From a virus (taxonomy: Duplodnaviria; Caudoviricetes): a stretch of 41,319 bases of DNA. The notes beneath the pieces were generated by a model. The model was given only the letters and a program-made list of their open reading frames with translations. It was not told where the DNA came from and did no database searches. The DNA lies in IMG/VR virus record IMGVR_UViG_3300032226_000613, positions 1 through 41,319 of that record, one strand, 5' to 3'. How positions within the stretch are numbered: position 1 is the first letter of the stretch; each line of letters opens with the position of its first letter. Below, in pieces: positions 8,319 to 17,400 of this stretch. A program made the translations under genes and the position numbers.

Positions 8319-10430
8319 TTACCCGGTCAGCACCTGGTCGGCTGTGAGGCCGAATGCGTCGAAGTACCGCTGCATCGACGCCCACTCGGCGCCCTGCGCG
8401 TACCCCTGAAACCAATTACCCTCTTCGGCCGACAGCGCTTCGCTGACGGCCACGCGCTCTTGCAGCTTGAGCCAGCGGGCATAGCGGGTCTGCGGCGTGT
8501 CTGGCAAGGCCAGCACCACCGGTGCGGCCAGGCGCGCGGCCAGGGCGGCCTGCGCGGCGTCTACCTTGACCTGGTCGACCTGCGGGGCCTCAGCGGCCTT
8601 GATGGACTCGATCGACACGCTGGTGTGCTCTATGGCCGCGCGCTGGATGGACACGACGTTGGGCGACGTGGCCACGGCCTCTTCGGTGCGCAAGCGGTTG
8701 ATGGACTGCACGGCGGCGCGGGTGTCAAAGGACTTTTTGGCGTCGCGCAGTTGCGCTTTTTGGGTGCGGATGACTTTGGCTTGGTGTGCCCGACGCTCGT
8801 TCGCGACTTCGGCGCTGTTGATGCCCAGGCGCTCGTAGTCCAAGGCCTCGCAGATGAAATTGCCGTCCAGGTCGAATGCCCAGCAGCGGCCCAGGTTGGA
8901 GTCGTCGACCTTGACCTGCACCTGCGTACCTTCCATGCCGCCCAGGCTGGCGTGGTTGTAAAAGCCCCCGGCGATCTTGATGCCCTTTTTGCCGATGGTG
9001 CGCAGGCCAGAGTCGGCGCTGGGGGCCAGCAGCACGTCGAGGGCGCGCTCGTTGATGGTGGTGGGGGCAAAGCCCTCGCACATCTGCAGCGGGGTGCGGT
9101 TGCCCAGGTAGCTGCGGGGTTTGGCGTCCATGCGGGCGCAGAAGGTGTCGAGCTGCTGCTGCAGCTGCTCCGGGGTGAGCCGCATGTCGACGGTGAGCGT
9201 CTTGTCTTTGAGGATGCGCTCGGCAAAGCCCTTGCGCGATTCGATGCCCTTGCGGTCGGCCACGCTGTGGCCGATGTAGCCGTCCAGCAGCTCAAATAGC
9301 TGGTGCATCAGGGAGCCAATGGCGCGCTCGATGTGCGGCTTTTCGTGCGGGCTAAATGGCGCGCAGAGGGCGTGCTGGATGGACAGACCGAGCAGCGCAG
9401 TCTCAAGCACCTGGGCGACGTAGTCGGCGCCGTTGTCGGTCTTGACCATTTGGGGCACGCCCCAGCGCTGGATGGCCAGGCGCATCAGGCTCATGATGGC
9501 ATTGGCCTTGGATGTGCGCGAGGTGATGAACAAGCGGCGGCGGGTGAACACGTCGATCACGCCGACGATGTGGTGGCGCTTGCCGTCGGCGAGCATGATG
9601 TCGCCCACGGTGCTGTCGAGTTCCCACTTTTGATTCGGGGCGGTGATGCCTTGGCTGTAAGAGCCGGCGGCGCTCATGTATTTGTTACGCCAGCCGTCCG
9701 GGTTGATAGCGGCTTCGAATAGCTGGGCGTTTTGCTGTTTCCAGTACGCCAGGGCCCGGCGGAAGGCGCGGTCGCTGGGCAGGTTTTGAAACTGGGTTTG
9801 CAGCGCCTCGTAAATGGCTTGCGCGCTCAGGTGCGGCTGCTGCACCAGCATGGCCAGCACGGCGGTACCGACCTCGCCGGCCAGGGCGGTGTATTGGCCC
9901 TTGCGGGCGTGCTCTTTAGGCGTGATGGCTTCGAGGCCGCGCTCTTGGACGCCGACGTACCAGCCGCGAACCGTGCTGAATGAGAGCTTGGGAAATTGCG
10001 CTTTGACGGTGGCGTCTACCTCCAGCTTGTCGGCATTCCACTGCCCGACGAATGCCTGCAGGGCGGGCGTGAGCTGCCCGCCAAAGGCCTGCCAGTAGCG
10101 CTGGAACACGACTAGCACGCGGGCGACAGCATCTTGCTTATCTTTGCGCCAGCCGGTGACTAGGGCGGCGCGGCGGGAGCTGCTGGCGCGGGTCTGTGGC
10201 AATGCGGCGATGGAGGCGCCTGGCGTTGACGCGTCGTTGGCTGCAAAACGCATTGCGAACTCGGTGCGTGCGGCGAGTGGCAGCGCCTCGACTGAGTACT
10301 CCAGGCCGCCGCCACGGCCGGCGCGGGGGCGGGCTGGCAGACCGGCGCGCTTGGCCGCTTGCTGCGCCCGGCGCTCTGAGCCTGGGAAACCGGGCAGACC
10401 GGCGAGTTGCTTGGCGGTGGCCCAGGTCAT
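8319..10430 (-). CDS. MuA-like DDE transposase
   Basis: N-terminal Mu-type HTH (TAKQLAGLPGFP...GGGLEY); DDE core WELDST / KTDNGADY / KPHIER; Mu-type C-terminal region. Confidence 0.95.
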   Translation of the reverse strand: MTWATAKQLAGLPGFPGSERRAQQAAKRAGLPARPRAGRGGGLEYSVEALPLAARTEFAMRFAANDASTPGASIAALPQTRASSSRRAALVTGWRKDKQDAVARVLVVFQRYWQAFGGQLTPALQAFVGQWNADKLEVDATVKAQFPKLSFSTVRGWYVGVQERGLEAITPKEHARKGQYTALAGEVGTAVLAMLVQQPHLSAQAIYEALQTQFQNLPSDRAFRRALAYWKQQNAQLFEAAINPDGWRNKYMSAAGSYSQGITAPNQKWELDSTVGDIMLADGKRHHIVGVIDVFTRRRLFITSRTSKANAIMSLMRLAIQRWGVPQMVKTDNGADYVAQVLETALLGLSIQHALCAPFSPHEKPHIERAIGSLMHQLFELLDGYIGHSVADRKGIESRKGFAERILKDKTLTVDMRLTPEQLQQQLDTFCARMDAKPRSYLGNRTPLQMCEGFAPTTINERALDVLLAPSADSGLRTIGKKGIKIAGGFYNHASLGGMEGTQVQVKVDDSNLGRCWAFDLDGNFICEALDYERLGINSAEVANERRAHQAKVIRTQKAQLRDAKKSFDTRAAVQSINRLRTEEAVATSPNVVSIQRAAIEHTSVSIESIKAAEAPQVDQVKVDAAQAALAARLAAPVVLALPDTPQTRYARWLKLQERVAVSEALSAEEGNWFQGYAQGAEWASMQRYFDAFGLTADQVLTG

Positions 10431-10531
10431 GGTGCTGTTCCTGTAAGGGTGCCCACCCCGCAACCTGCGCGGGCGCTCTGGCGCGCGTGGTGCTCTGGCG
10501 CGCTGGCGGGTAGGGGGTGGACGTAAAACAT
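10427..10531 (-). CDS. Possible 34-aa leader ORF coupled to the transposase start
   Basis: MFYVHPLPASAPEHHARQSARAGCGVGTLTGTAP; its stop overlaps the transposase ATG (ATGA). Confidence 0.35.
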   Translation of the reverse strand: MFYVHPLPASAPEHHARQSARAGCGVGTLTGTAP

Positions 10532-10547
10532 GGGGTGGGCCGGCGAG

Positions 10548-11219
10548 TCAGTGCAGTTCGCGGCAGATGAACGAAATCGTTGCATCAGACCGACCTAGGT
10601 GCTTGGCAATGGCGCTTTGCGTTACGCCGCGCGACTTCATGTCCCGTGCCATCTTGATTTCTTCTTCGGTGAGCGGCCGGTTGGGTGCGCGCCGGGGTTT
10701 GGGCTTGAGCTGCACCTCCATCAGCTCAATCAGCCGGGCCTGCGTGGCATAGAGCTGGCGCAGCAGCACCAGCTCGGGTATGGCGGTGGCGCCGGTGAAG
10801 TCGGGGGCGGTGGCATGGGGCTGCGGCTGGGAGCCAAGGTCGGACTGGGCAGCTGCCCGCACGTTGGGGTGCGATTCGTCTATATAGACGCCGGTTTTGC
10901 GGATGGCAGGCAAAACCTTGTGGGTAACCCACTTGCGAAAGGCATGGACCTGGGTGCCCGGAGTCATCGCCCCGTCAGAGCGCAGGATGATGGCGTACAT
11001 CCCCGACTCGCTAACGATGGTCGTTTTTTGCAGCCGACCGATGGCGTCCAATATTTGGACGCCATCTTTTTCGTCATCGTCCAGTTTTTTTGTGGCGTTT
11101 CGATGATTGGCGATGCCCAGGCAGTGGCACACATCCTGCGCTACAAACCAAGGCGAACCGTTTTTATCGTGTACACGCAGTGCGGCGCGCTGGGTAAAAT
11201 TGAAAACTTGCATTTGCAT
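10548..11219 (-). CDS. Bro-N antirepressor-like protein with C-terminal HTH
   Basis: PWFVAQDVCHCLGI, VSESGMYAIILRS, FRKWVTHKVLPAIRKTG; HTH GVTQSAIAKHLGRSDATIS. Confidence 0.9.
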   Translation of the reverse strand: MQMQVFNFTQRAALRVHDKNGSPWFVAQDVCHCLGIANHRNATKKLDDDEKDGVQILDAIGRLQKTTIVSESGMYAIILRSDGAMTPGTQVHAFRKWVTHKVLPAIRKTGVYIDESHPNVRAAAQSDLGSQPQPHATAPDFTGATAIPELVLLRQLYATQARLIELMEVQLKPKPRRAPNRPLTEEEIKMARDMKSRGVTQSAIAKHLGRSDATISFICRELH

Positions 11220-11230
11220 GGTGGTGCCTT

Positions 11231-11476
11231 TCAGGCGGTGGGTTGAGAAACGGGGGGGGCTTTGCGGTGCTTGGTGGGCGGTGCTTTTTTGAGGCCTAGA
11301 AGCACGGCTGCCTGGTGGCCTTCGCCCCGCGTAGCGCGGCTGCGGCCATGCAATACCGCCATAACCGCGTTGTAGGAAAGTCCGTGCTTCTGGCAGAAGT
11401 CTTGAACAGTGACTCCGTTGGTAAACAAATTCGCGCGTGCTGTAGCTATCTGTTCGTTGGTGAATGGACGGTTCAT
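11231..11476 (-). CDS. Ner/Cro-like early regulator (BcepMu gp16-like)
   Basis: GVTVQDFCQKHGLSYNAVMAVLHGR...RGEGHQAAVLLGLK; divergent from the repressor. Confidence 0.85.
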   Translation of the reverse strand: MNRPFTNEQIATARANLFTNGVTVQDFCQKHGLSYNAVMAVLHGRSRATRGEGHQAAVLLGLKKAPPTKHRKAPPVSQPTA

Positions 11477-11562
11477 AATTGGTGGTTGAGATAAATGGTT
11501 AACTTGCCGATGTGTAAGTGTAGCGTAGCGTGACACATATCCGCAAGTTTTTTGGAGCGCAC
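11477..11562. promoter_or_regulatory. Divergent immunity promoter/operator region
   Basis: AT-rich; imperfect inverted repeat AACTTGCCGATGTGT (11501-11515) / ACACATATCCGCAAGTT (11533-11549). Confidence 0.7.
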
Positions 11563-12060
11563 ATGCAAAATTCTTTTCAAGCGGTGGTTGACCGCCTTAT
11601 TGCGGCTATGAGGCTCCCGGATGAACAAGGATTGGCCGAAGCGCTGGGGTTCAAGCGATCGGCTTTTACTGTCCGAAAATCAAGGAACTCCCTGCCCCGT
11701 GATCAAATCGATGCCTACATTCAGACGCATAAACTCAATGCCGAATGGGTTTACGAGGGCACCGGGGCGATGTTTGAAGCCAGCAGGTTTCAAAAAAAGA
11801 TTGACTTGCAAAACGAAATCCATGCGCGCCTGGATAAGTTTGCATTGAACGACCGGCAGCGCAGCTACATGGCCAAGCTGCTGCTGGCGCTAGAGCTGGG
11901 TGAGCCGGAGAAGCTCAAGCAGCATTTGGACGCGACAGACAAGCTCACGTCTGATGAGCATGAGCTGCTTACGGGTTTGCGCTCGGCGCCGTCAGACATC
12001 GTGCGTGCGTTTGGACAGATCGTGGGCTTTGCGACCTCAAAAGCGGTGCGCATCAGATAA
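11563..12060 (+). CDS. CI-like prophage repressor (no S24 peptidase domain evident)
   Basis: VVDRL...LAEALGFKRSAFTVRKSRNSLP...LNAEWVYEGTGAM; GGAG RBS at 11554. Confidence 0.85.
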   Translation: MQNSFQAVVDRLIAAMRLPDEQGLAEALGFKRSAFTVRKSRNSLPRDQIDAYIQTHKLNAEWVYEGTGAMFEASRFQKKIDLQNEIHARLDKFALNDRQRSYMAKLLLALELGEPEKLKQHLDATDKLTSDEHELLTGLRSAPSDIVRAFGQIVGFATSKAVRIR

Positions 12061-12062
12061 TT

Positions 12063-12236
12063 TTGGGAGCAGGCGGTCCGGGCTGGGTGATTGATCACAT
12101 CGAGCCGCTGTGCGCTGGCGGGCCGGACGCCATTGAGAACTTGCAGTGGCAGACGCGGGCCGATTCGCTGGTGAAAGACAAAGCCGAGCGGCGGCAATGC
12201 CGCGAACTTGCCAGTTTGCGAAAATTCGCAAACTGA
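12063..12236 (+). pseudogene. N-terminally truncated HNH endonuclease remnant
   Basis: PGWVIDHIEPLCAGGPDAIENLQWQT...KDKAERRQC; no ATG or RBS, and no N-terminal part. Confidence 0.7.
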
Positions 12237-12284
12237 CGTTTATGCCTGCGAGCTTGCCAGTTTGCGAAATTTCGCAAACTGGCA
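12202..12284. repeat. Two tandem palindromes with 46-bp period, operator-like
   Basis: CAGTTTGCGAA-AA-TTCGCAAACTG (12212-12235) and the perfect 30-bp TGCCAGTTTGCGAAATTTCGCAAACTGGCA (12255-12284). Confidence 0.85.
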
Positions 12285-12319
12285 TACATGCCTAACTAAG
12301 GGGCTAGCAAGCCTAGCAG

Positions 12320-12371
12320 GTGACCGCCGTCACTCTGACCGGGGACGCGCGCGCGCGGGATCATTTCCGCC
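12320..12371 (+). promoter_or_regulatory. Late (lysis) promoter, Mor/C-type
   Basis: GTGAC-CGCC-GTCAC-TCTG begins 52 nt before the ATG; same motif at 24600. Confidence 0.7.
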
Positions 12372-12998
12372 ATGCAAATACCCAAGTCCACCACATCATC
12401 GCCCAGGGCCGTTGACCTGGTTGTCATCCATTGCTCGGCCACCGAAAGTGGCAAGCCGCTGGGCTTTACCAGGCCGGGGGGCGGCTATGTGTCTTGCGCT
12501 GCCGTGATAGACGGCTGGCACGCGCAGCGCGGCTTTATGCGCAGCGCGGAGGCGGTGCGCGCTTTTAGCAGTGCCCTGCCCAGCATTGGCTACCACTACG
12601 TGATTGACCTGGACGGCGCTGTGTACAACGGGCGCCACTTGCGGGAAGTGGGTGCGCATGCGGTGGGCTACAACGCGCGCAGCGTGGGCATCTGCCTGGT
12701 GGGCGGTGCCGAGCCTGTGGGCCGCTACACCGAAGCCCAGTGGTCTAGCCTGGCCAAGGTGGTGGCGATGTTGCTGGCCGACTACGGCCTGCCGCTGGCG
12801 CAGATAAGGGGGGTGGCAGACGGGGCATTGCGCCAGACTGGTGGGGTGTGTGGGCACCGCGATTTGTCGCCAGACCGCAACGGCAACGGCGTGGCGGACC
12901 GCGCGGAATGGCTCAAGACCTGCCCCGGCTTTGACGTGGCCGCGTGGGCCAAGGCGGGCATGCGCCCGGCGCCGGAACACATTTTTAAAGGAGATTGA
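12372..12998 (+). CDS. Endolysin, N-acetylmuramoyl-L-alanine amidase (T7-lysozyme-like)
   Basis: VVIHCSAT, IGYHYVI, GAHAVGYN..SVGICLVGG, GHRD, KTCPGFDV. Confidence 0.93.
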   Translation: MQIPKSTTSSPRAVDLVVIHCSATESGKPLGFTRPGGGYVSCAAVIDGWHAQRGFMRSAEAVRAFSSALPSIGYHYVIDLDGAVYNGRHLREVGAHAVGYNARSVGICLVGGAEPVGRYTEAQWSSLAKVVAMLLADYGLPLAQIRGVADGALRQTGGVCGHRDLSPDRNGNGVADRAEWLKTCPGFDVAAWAKAGMRPAPEHIFKGD

Positions 12999-12999
12999 A

Positions 13000-13212
13000 A
13001 TGCTCAAGACCGGGCTGTGGACACTGATTGGACCAATGATGTCTGTGGCGGGCTTTCGCCCGACCATGGGCATGGCTGGATGGGGCGGATGCAACAAAAT
13101 CAACTTGTCGCGCCGCAGCGGCCCCGGATGGACGAATGCCCACGCCAAGCGCGTGGCCCGGAAGAAGCGCAACCCGGCCAAGCACCGCGCGGCCGGGCGG
13201 GGGGGTAAGTGA
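13000..13212 (+). CDS. 70-aa highly cationic lysis-cassette peptide
   Basis: AAGGAG RBS; 15 K/R and no D/E; stop overlaps the holin start. Confidence 0.75.
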   Translation: MLKTGLWTLIGPMMSVAGFRPTMGMAGWGGCNKINLSRRSGPGWTNAHAKRVARKKRNPAKHRAAGRGGK

Positions 13213-13745
13213 TGTACCCGATCAGCATAGCCCTGGGCCTGGCCCAGTTTGCGCCCAGCCTGATGCGCTACTTTGGGGCGGGCCAAGAGTCGCTGGAGGT
13301 GGCCACCAAAGTGGTGTCTATTGCGCAAAACATCACCGGCGCCACAACGCCAGAGGCGGTAGGCGCTGCCATGCAGGCCAACCCCGAGCTGGCGCAAGCT
13401 TTTAGGCTGGCGGTGCTGGCCACTGATAAAGACCTTGAAATTGCCTACCTAGGCGACCGCCAGGACGCGCGCAAGCGCGATGTGGCGCTGGCGCAGGCGG
13501 GGCATGTCAACCGGCGCGCTGACCTGATGGTGCTGTTTGACGTCATAGGCCTGGTGGCTTGCCTGGTCGTGCTGAGCCTGTTTCGCAAGGACATTCCCGG
13601 CGAAGTTGTCGGGCTGCTGTCGACCATCGCCGGCATCTTTGGCCTGTGCCTGCGTGACGCGCATCAATTTGAATTTGGCACCAGCCGTGGATCGCGTGAC
13701 AAAGACGCCACCATTGCCAACCTGACCGGGCGGCCAGGCGCATGA
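13212..13745 (+). CDS. Holin (3TM/GTA-holin-like)
   Basis: AYLGDRQDARKRD followed by two TM helices and FEFGTSRGSRDKD; next to the endolysin. Confidence 0.8.
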   Translation: MYPISIALGLAQFAPSLMRYFGAGQESLEVATKVVSIAQNITGATTPEAVGAAMQANPELAQAFRLAVLATDKDLEIAYLGDRQDARKRDVALAQAGHVNRRADLMVLFDVIGLVACLVVLSLFRKDIPGEVVGLLSTIAGIFGLCLRDAHQFEFGTSRGSRDKDATIANLTGRPGA

Positions 13746-14074
13746 GCGACCAGGTAGAGCACAAGCAGGGGGATACGTTCGACCTCAGCGGGACTATCGA
13801 CGTGACGCTGCTGGACCAGCCCGTGCTTGACCTGACGGGCTGGACCGGGCGCAGCCAGATACGCACGCCCAAGGGCGAGCTGGTGGCCGAGCTGGTGTTT
13901 ACCTGGTTGGACGCGAGCCAGCGCCTGGTGCGCCTGAGCAAGCCCGCCACGCAAACGCTGACCTGGACGTTGGGCAACGTGCTGATAGACATTGAGCTGA
14001 CAAGCCCGACGGGTGATGTAGTGAGCACGCCCACCGCGAGCCTGACGATCGTCAGGGACAACACCCGTGCTTAA
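13742..14074 (+). CDS. BppU/LtfC-like Ig-fold fibre-anchor protein
   Basis: KQGDTF...DLTGWTGRSQIR...DIELTSPTG.V..T.T..LTI pattern; family assignment is an inference. Confidence 0.6.
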   Translation: MSDQVEHKQGDTFDLSGTIDVTLLDQPVLDLTGWTGRSQIRTPKGELVAELVFTWLDASQRLVRLSKPATQTLTWTLGNVLIDIELTSPTGDVVSTPTASLTIVRDNTRA

Positions 14075-14459
14075 ACCTCGGCTGACCGCCAGCGCCACGC
14101 TGCACCTGGGCAGCCTGGCCACCACGACGCTGGTGTCCACCAGCGGCGCCAGCGCTGTGCTGCGCAAGCCGCTGGGGCTGCTGAGCATTCGGGCGGCGCA
14201 GGGCGCGGTACGGGCGCAGTTGGCGCCGTTCTTTATTGGCCCCAAAGGCGACTCGGGCACCTGGGGCAATGCGCACCTGGTGTGGGCCGATGGCCTGCTG
14301 GTGGGGGTGGAATACGCGGGCGGCCAGACCAAGACGCTGCAATGGGCCGGTGGGCGCGTGCAGTGGGTGGATGTGTTTTATGGCGTAGAGACGACACGCA
14401 AAACGCTGGTGTGGGATGGTGCGGGGCGGCTGGTGGATGTGGTGGTGGGGGGCGCGTAA
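14067..14459 (+). CDS. Hypothetical structural adaptor (GPKGD collagen-like triplet, beta-repeat C-terminus)
   Basis: Coupled between 13742 and 14460; repeated L.W..G.L/V..V units. Confidence 0.6.
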   Translation: MLKPRLTASATLHLGSLATTTLVSTSGASAVLRKPLGLLSIRAAQGAVRAQLAPFFIGPKGDSGTWGNAHLVWADGLLVGVEYAGGQTKTLQWAGGRVQWVDVFYGVETTRKTLVWDGAGRLVDVVVGGA

Positions 14460-17400
14460 ATGGCAGCAATAACATCGGCACAATCAGGACTTAGAACATC
14501 ACCAAGCACGTGGGTTGGCGGTGTAGTTCCCGGAATTGCAGATACAGTAACTATTGCGGCTGGTCACGTCATTACGAATGAAGGCGATTGGATTACTGGT
14601 GGCGATACTGCTGGTGGCTTTGTTGTTCGCGGCACTGTGAAAGCCTCCCGCACTGTTAATTCATCGCTGACCGTGCGGGCAAACATCAACTTGGCGCAAG
14701 CTGGCGCTGTTATGGATTTCGGCACAAATAGCGACCCCATTCCGCAGGGTGTTACCGCTGAACTCGTCGTTAACGCAAGCGCGACCCCAGCAAACAACAA
14801 ATACCAGATCAGCCAAACGGTGAACGGCGTTTCCTTCCGTTTCTGCGGCGCACCAAAGACCCGCAACGCATTCCTGACCGCCACCGTATCTGCTGGCGCT
14901 ACGTCCATTCAGGTCACTGATGCCTCTGGATGGGTGGTGGGCGACACACTTATTATTGAACAGCCGACTGTCGATGTGGTCCAAGTCCAGACTGTCACCA
15001 TCACTTCAATCAGCGGAACGACTATTGGCGTCTCTGCGGTCACGCTGGCCCGTGATGCTGGCCTTGCCGTCAGCAACTTGAGTTGCAATGTGCTTATTCG
15101 CTCGCAAGTCGATAACCTAGTTTCCACCCACTATTTACAGGTTTCTTCGACCGCAGCGCCAAGCGCACTTGTTGAGGTTAGGAACTGCGAGATCAGGAAC
15201 ATTGGGTATCTATATTTGAACTGGAACAGCGGCAACACCGTTCCTCCTGCAAACCCCGCCACGTTTGATGGCTGCTATTTGAACAGCACCACCAACGCCA
15301 ACTCTATGATTGGGTCGACCTTTGGCAGCCTTGGGATGCCATTTCAAAATTGCGTTTTGGTGGGTAACACTGGCTACACGCAACAGAACTTGATCCACCC
15401 AAACAACTCGTCTCTTAGCATCTCGAATTGTGTTTTTTATAACATCGGCTCAAACGCCTTTTCTGGCGCGCTTGGCTATAACGGTTTGTCTGAACTCACC
15501 GCAACAAATTGCCGTTTCAACGGTTATTGGAACAATATAACGATTGCTAACGCCAATTCGCACATTTACACAAACTGTCGGTTTCGCTCCAAAAACTCAG
15601 AACTGTTTTCCGCAACCCTTTGCAATGTGCAAACAATGGATTGTGACTTTGGAACGCCAGGTAGTTTTAAATACTTAAAGTCCTACGGTAATAGCGGCGG
15701 CATATTTTCAATGCAGAACCCAATTGTGGATGATGTAAATAAAACAAATCCAAACGCAACCTACGGGGCGATGAAAATTCCTGTCTACAGCATCAACGGG
15801 GCATTTACCGCAAACCGCTTTTATACCTATAACACATTTGCGCTAAACCAAAGCGCGGTAGTAAATCGCGCCACGAATAACATCGCGCTGAAACTCAACA
15901 ACTCGCAGACCTCTGGTCAATACGCATTTACGTTTCAGGGTGTCGCTGGCGTGTCACAGCGCATCGTGGGCTACCTTCGGCATGACACCACCTACGGCAC
16001 ATCAAACCCGCCTTCGATTTCCTTCTCTGGCGCTGGCGTGTCTGGCTCGTTCACATCAAGTTCGACGGTCAACATCTGGGAAAAATTCGACATCACTGTC
16101 ACCCCCACATCGACGGGGACCGTGACGGCAACTGTCAACTTTGCTGGTGCGGCGAATGGCACGGCGTATCTGGATGGCGTTTTTCAGTTCCCATTCATCA
16201 CGGAAAGCTGGATTTACGGTTTCCAAAAGCTGGCTCAGGTCAACTCGGTGGTCGATCCCAACATCACGCTGTCAGAAAGCGCCGTGGCTGCGCTCACTTC
16301 GCTTGCAACATATGACGATGTACACGACGCTGCAACTTATTCGGCGGTAGTCGCTGGCCCCACGGCGGGCGCTTACACCGTCATCGCCACGCCCTCGGGC
16401 ACCGTGCTTGACTTCGGCAGCAACACGGTGGCGATCAACAGCGCGGCAGCATCCGCATTTGCCTACTCTGCTGGCACCGCTACGCTCAAGGCGTCGGCGC
16501 TGACCGTGGGCCTCAAGTTCAAAACGCTCAAGGCCCCCGTTTTTACGCTGGCAAACGCCATCGGTGCGGGCGCGCTGGTGGGCAACGTGACGCAGGCAAC
16601 GCCCACCGCGCGCACCAACGTCACCATCGATGGCGACCTCACGCACGCCACCAACACCCCCACCACCATCACCATGACCGGCGGCACCGTCACCGGCACC
16701 AACAGCAACACCGGCACGGCCCTTGTAACCGTGCGCCTGGCAGGCGGCGCCACCATCGGCACCGTGGGCGCCAACGTAGTCACCCAGATCGTCACCGCGA
16801 TCAGCATCACCGGCCTCACCGCTGGCAGCAGCATCTACATTGCCGACGCCACTGGCACGCAGGTGGACTACGTGGCCAGCAGCGGCACCAGCTACACGCT
16901 GGATACGACGGGCGGCACCGGCACCTGGATCTACAAAGTGCGGCGCTACGGCTACCTCGACCAGTCGGGCACATTCGCCCCGGCTGCCAGCAGTGCCAGT
17001 GTGCCGGCGATATACATTGCTGACACGCAAGTCGCCGATACGCTTGGCAGCGTGCTTGCCTATGCGGACCTGGCGTCAAGCCAGCAGATGTATGACTACT
17101 CGCGCTATTGGTCCACCACGGCAGCGGGCATTGCCGCGCCGCAGGTGTTGGCAAAAGCCTACGGCCTGCTTTCGGCAAGCGCAGCGCTTGCGCTTGACCC
17201 TGCGGCCACCAAGCTACTGGCCTATGACGGCACGACGGTGACCACCAAAACAAGCGCGCTGCTAGAGGCGGTGACCCTGGTGGCCAGCGGTGCATTTACA
17301 TCTGGCGCTGGCCTGGCCACGACGGTGGCGGTGCGGGCCAGCAACTTGGACAGTGAGCTGCTGTTTGCCGGGGTGAGCGGCATTACGCTTTATGCCACGC

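Noticed and set aside
12202-12284. Mini-CRISPR array
   Set aside because: Only two units with about 12 bp between them, and no cas genes.
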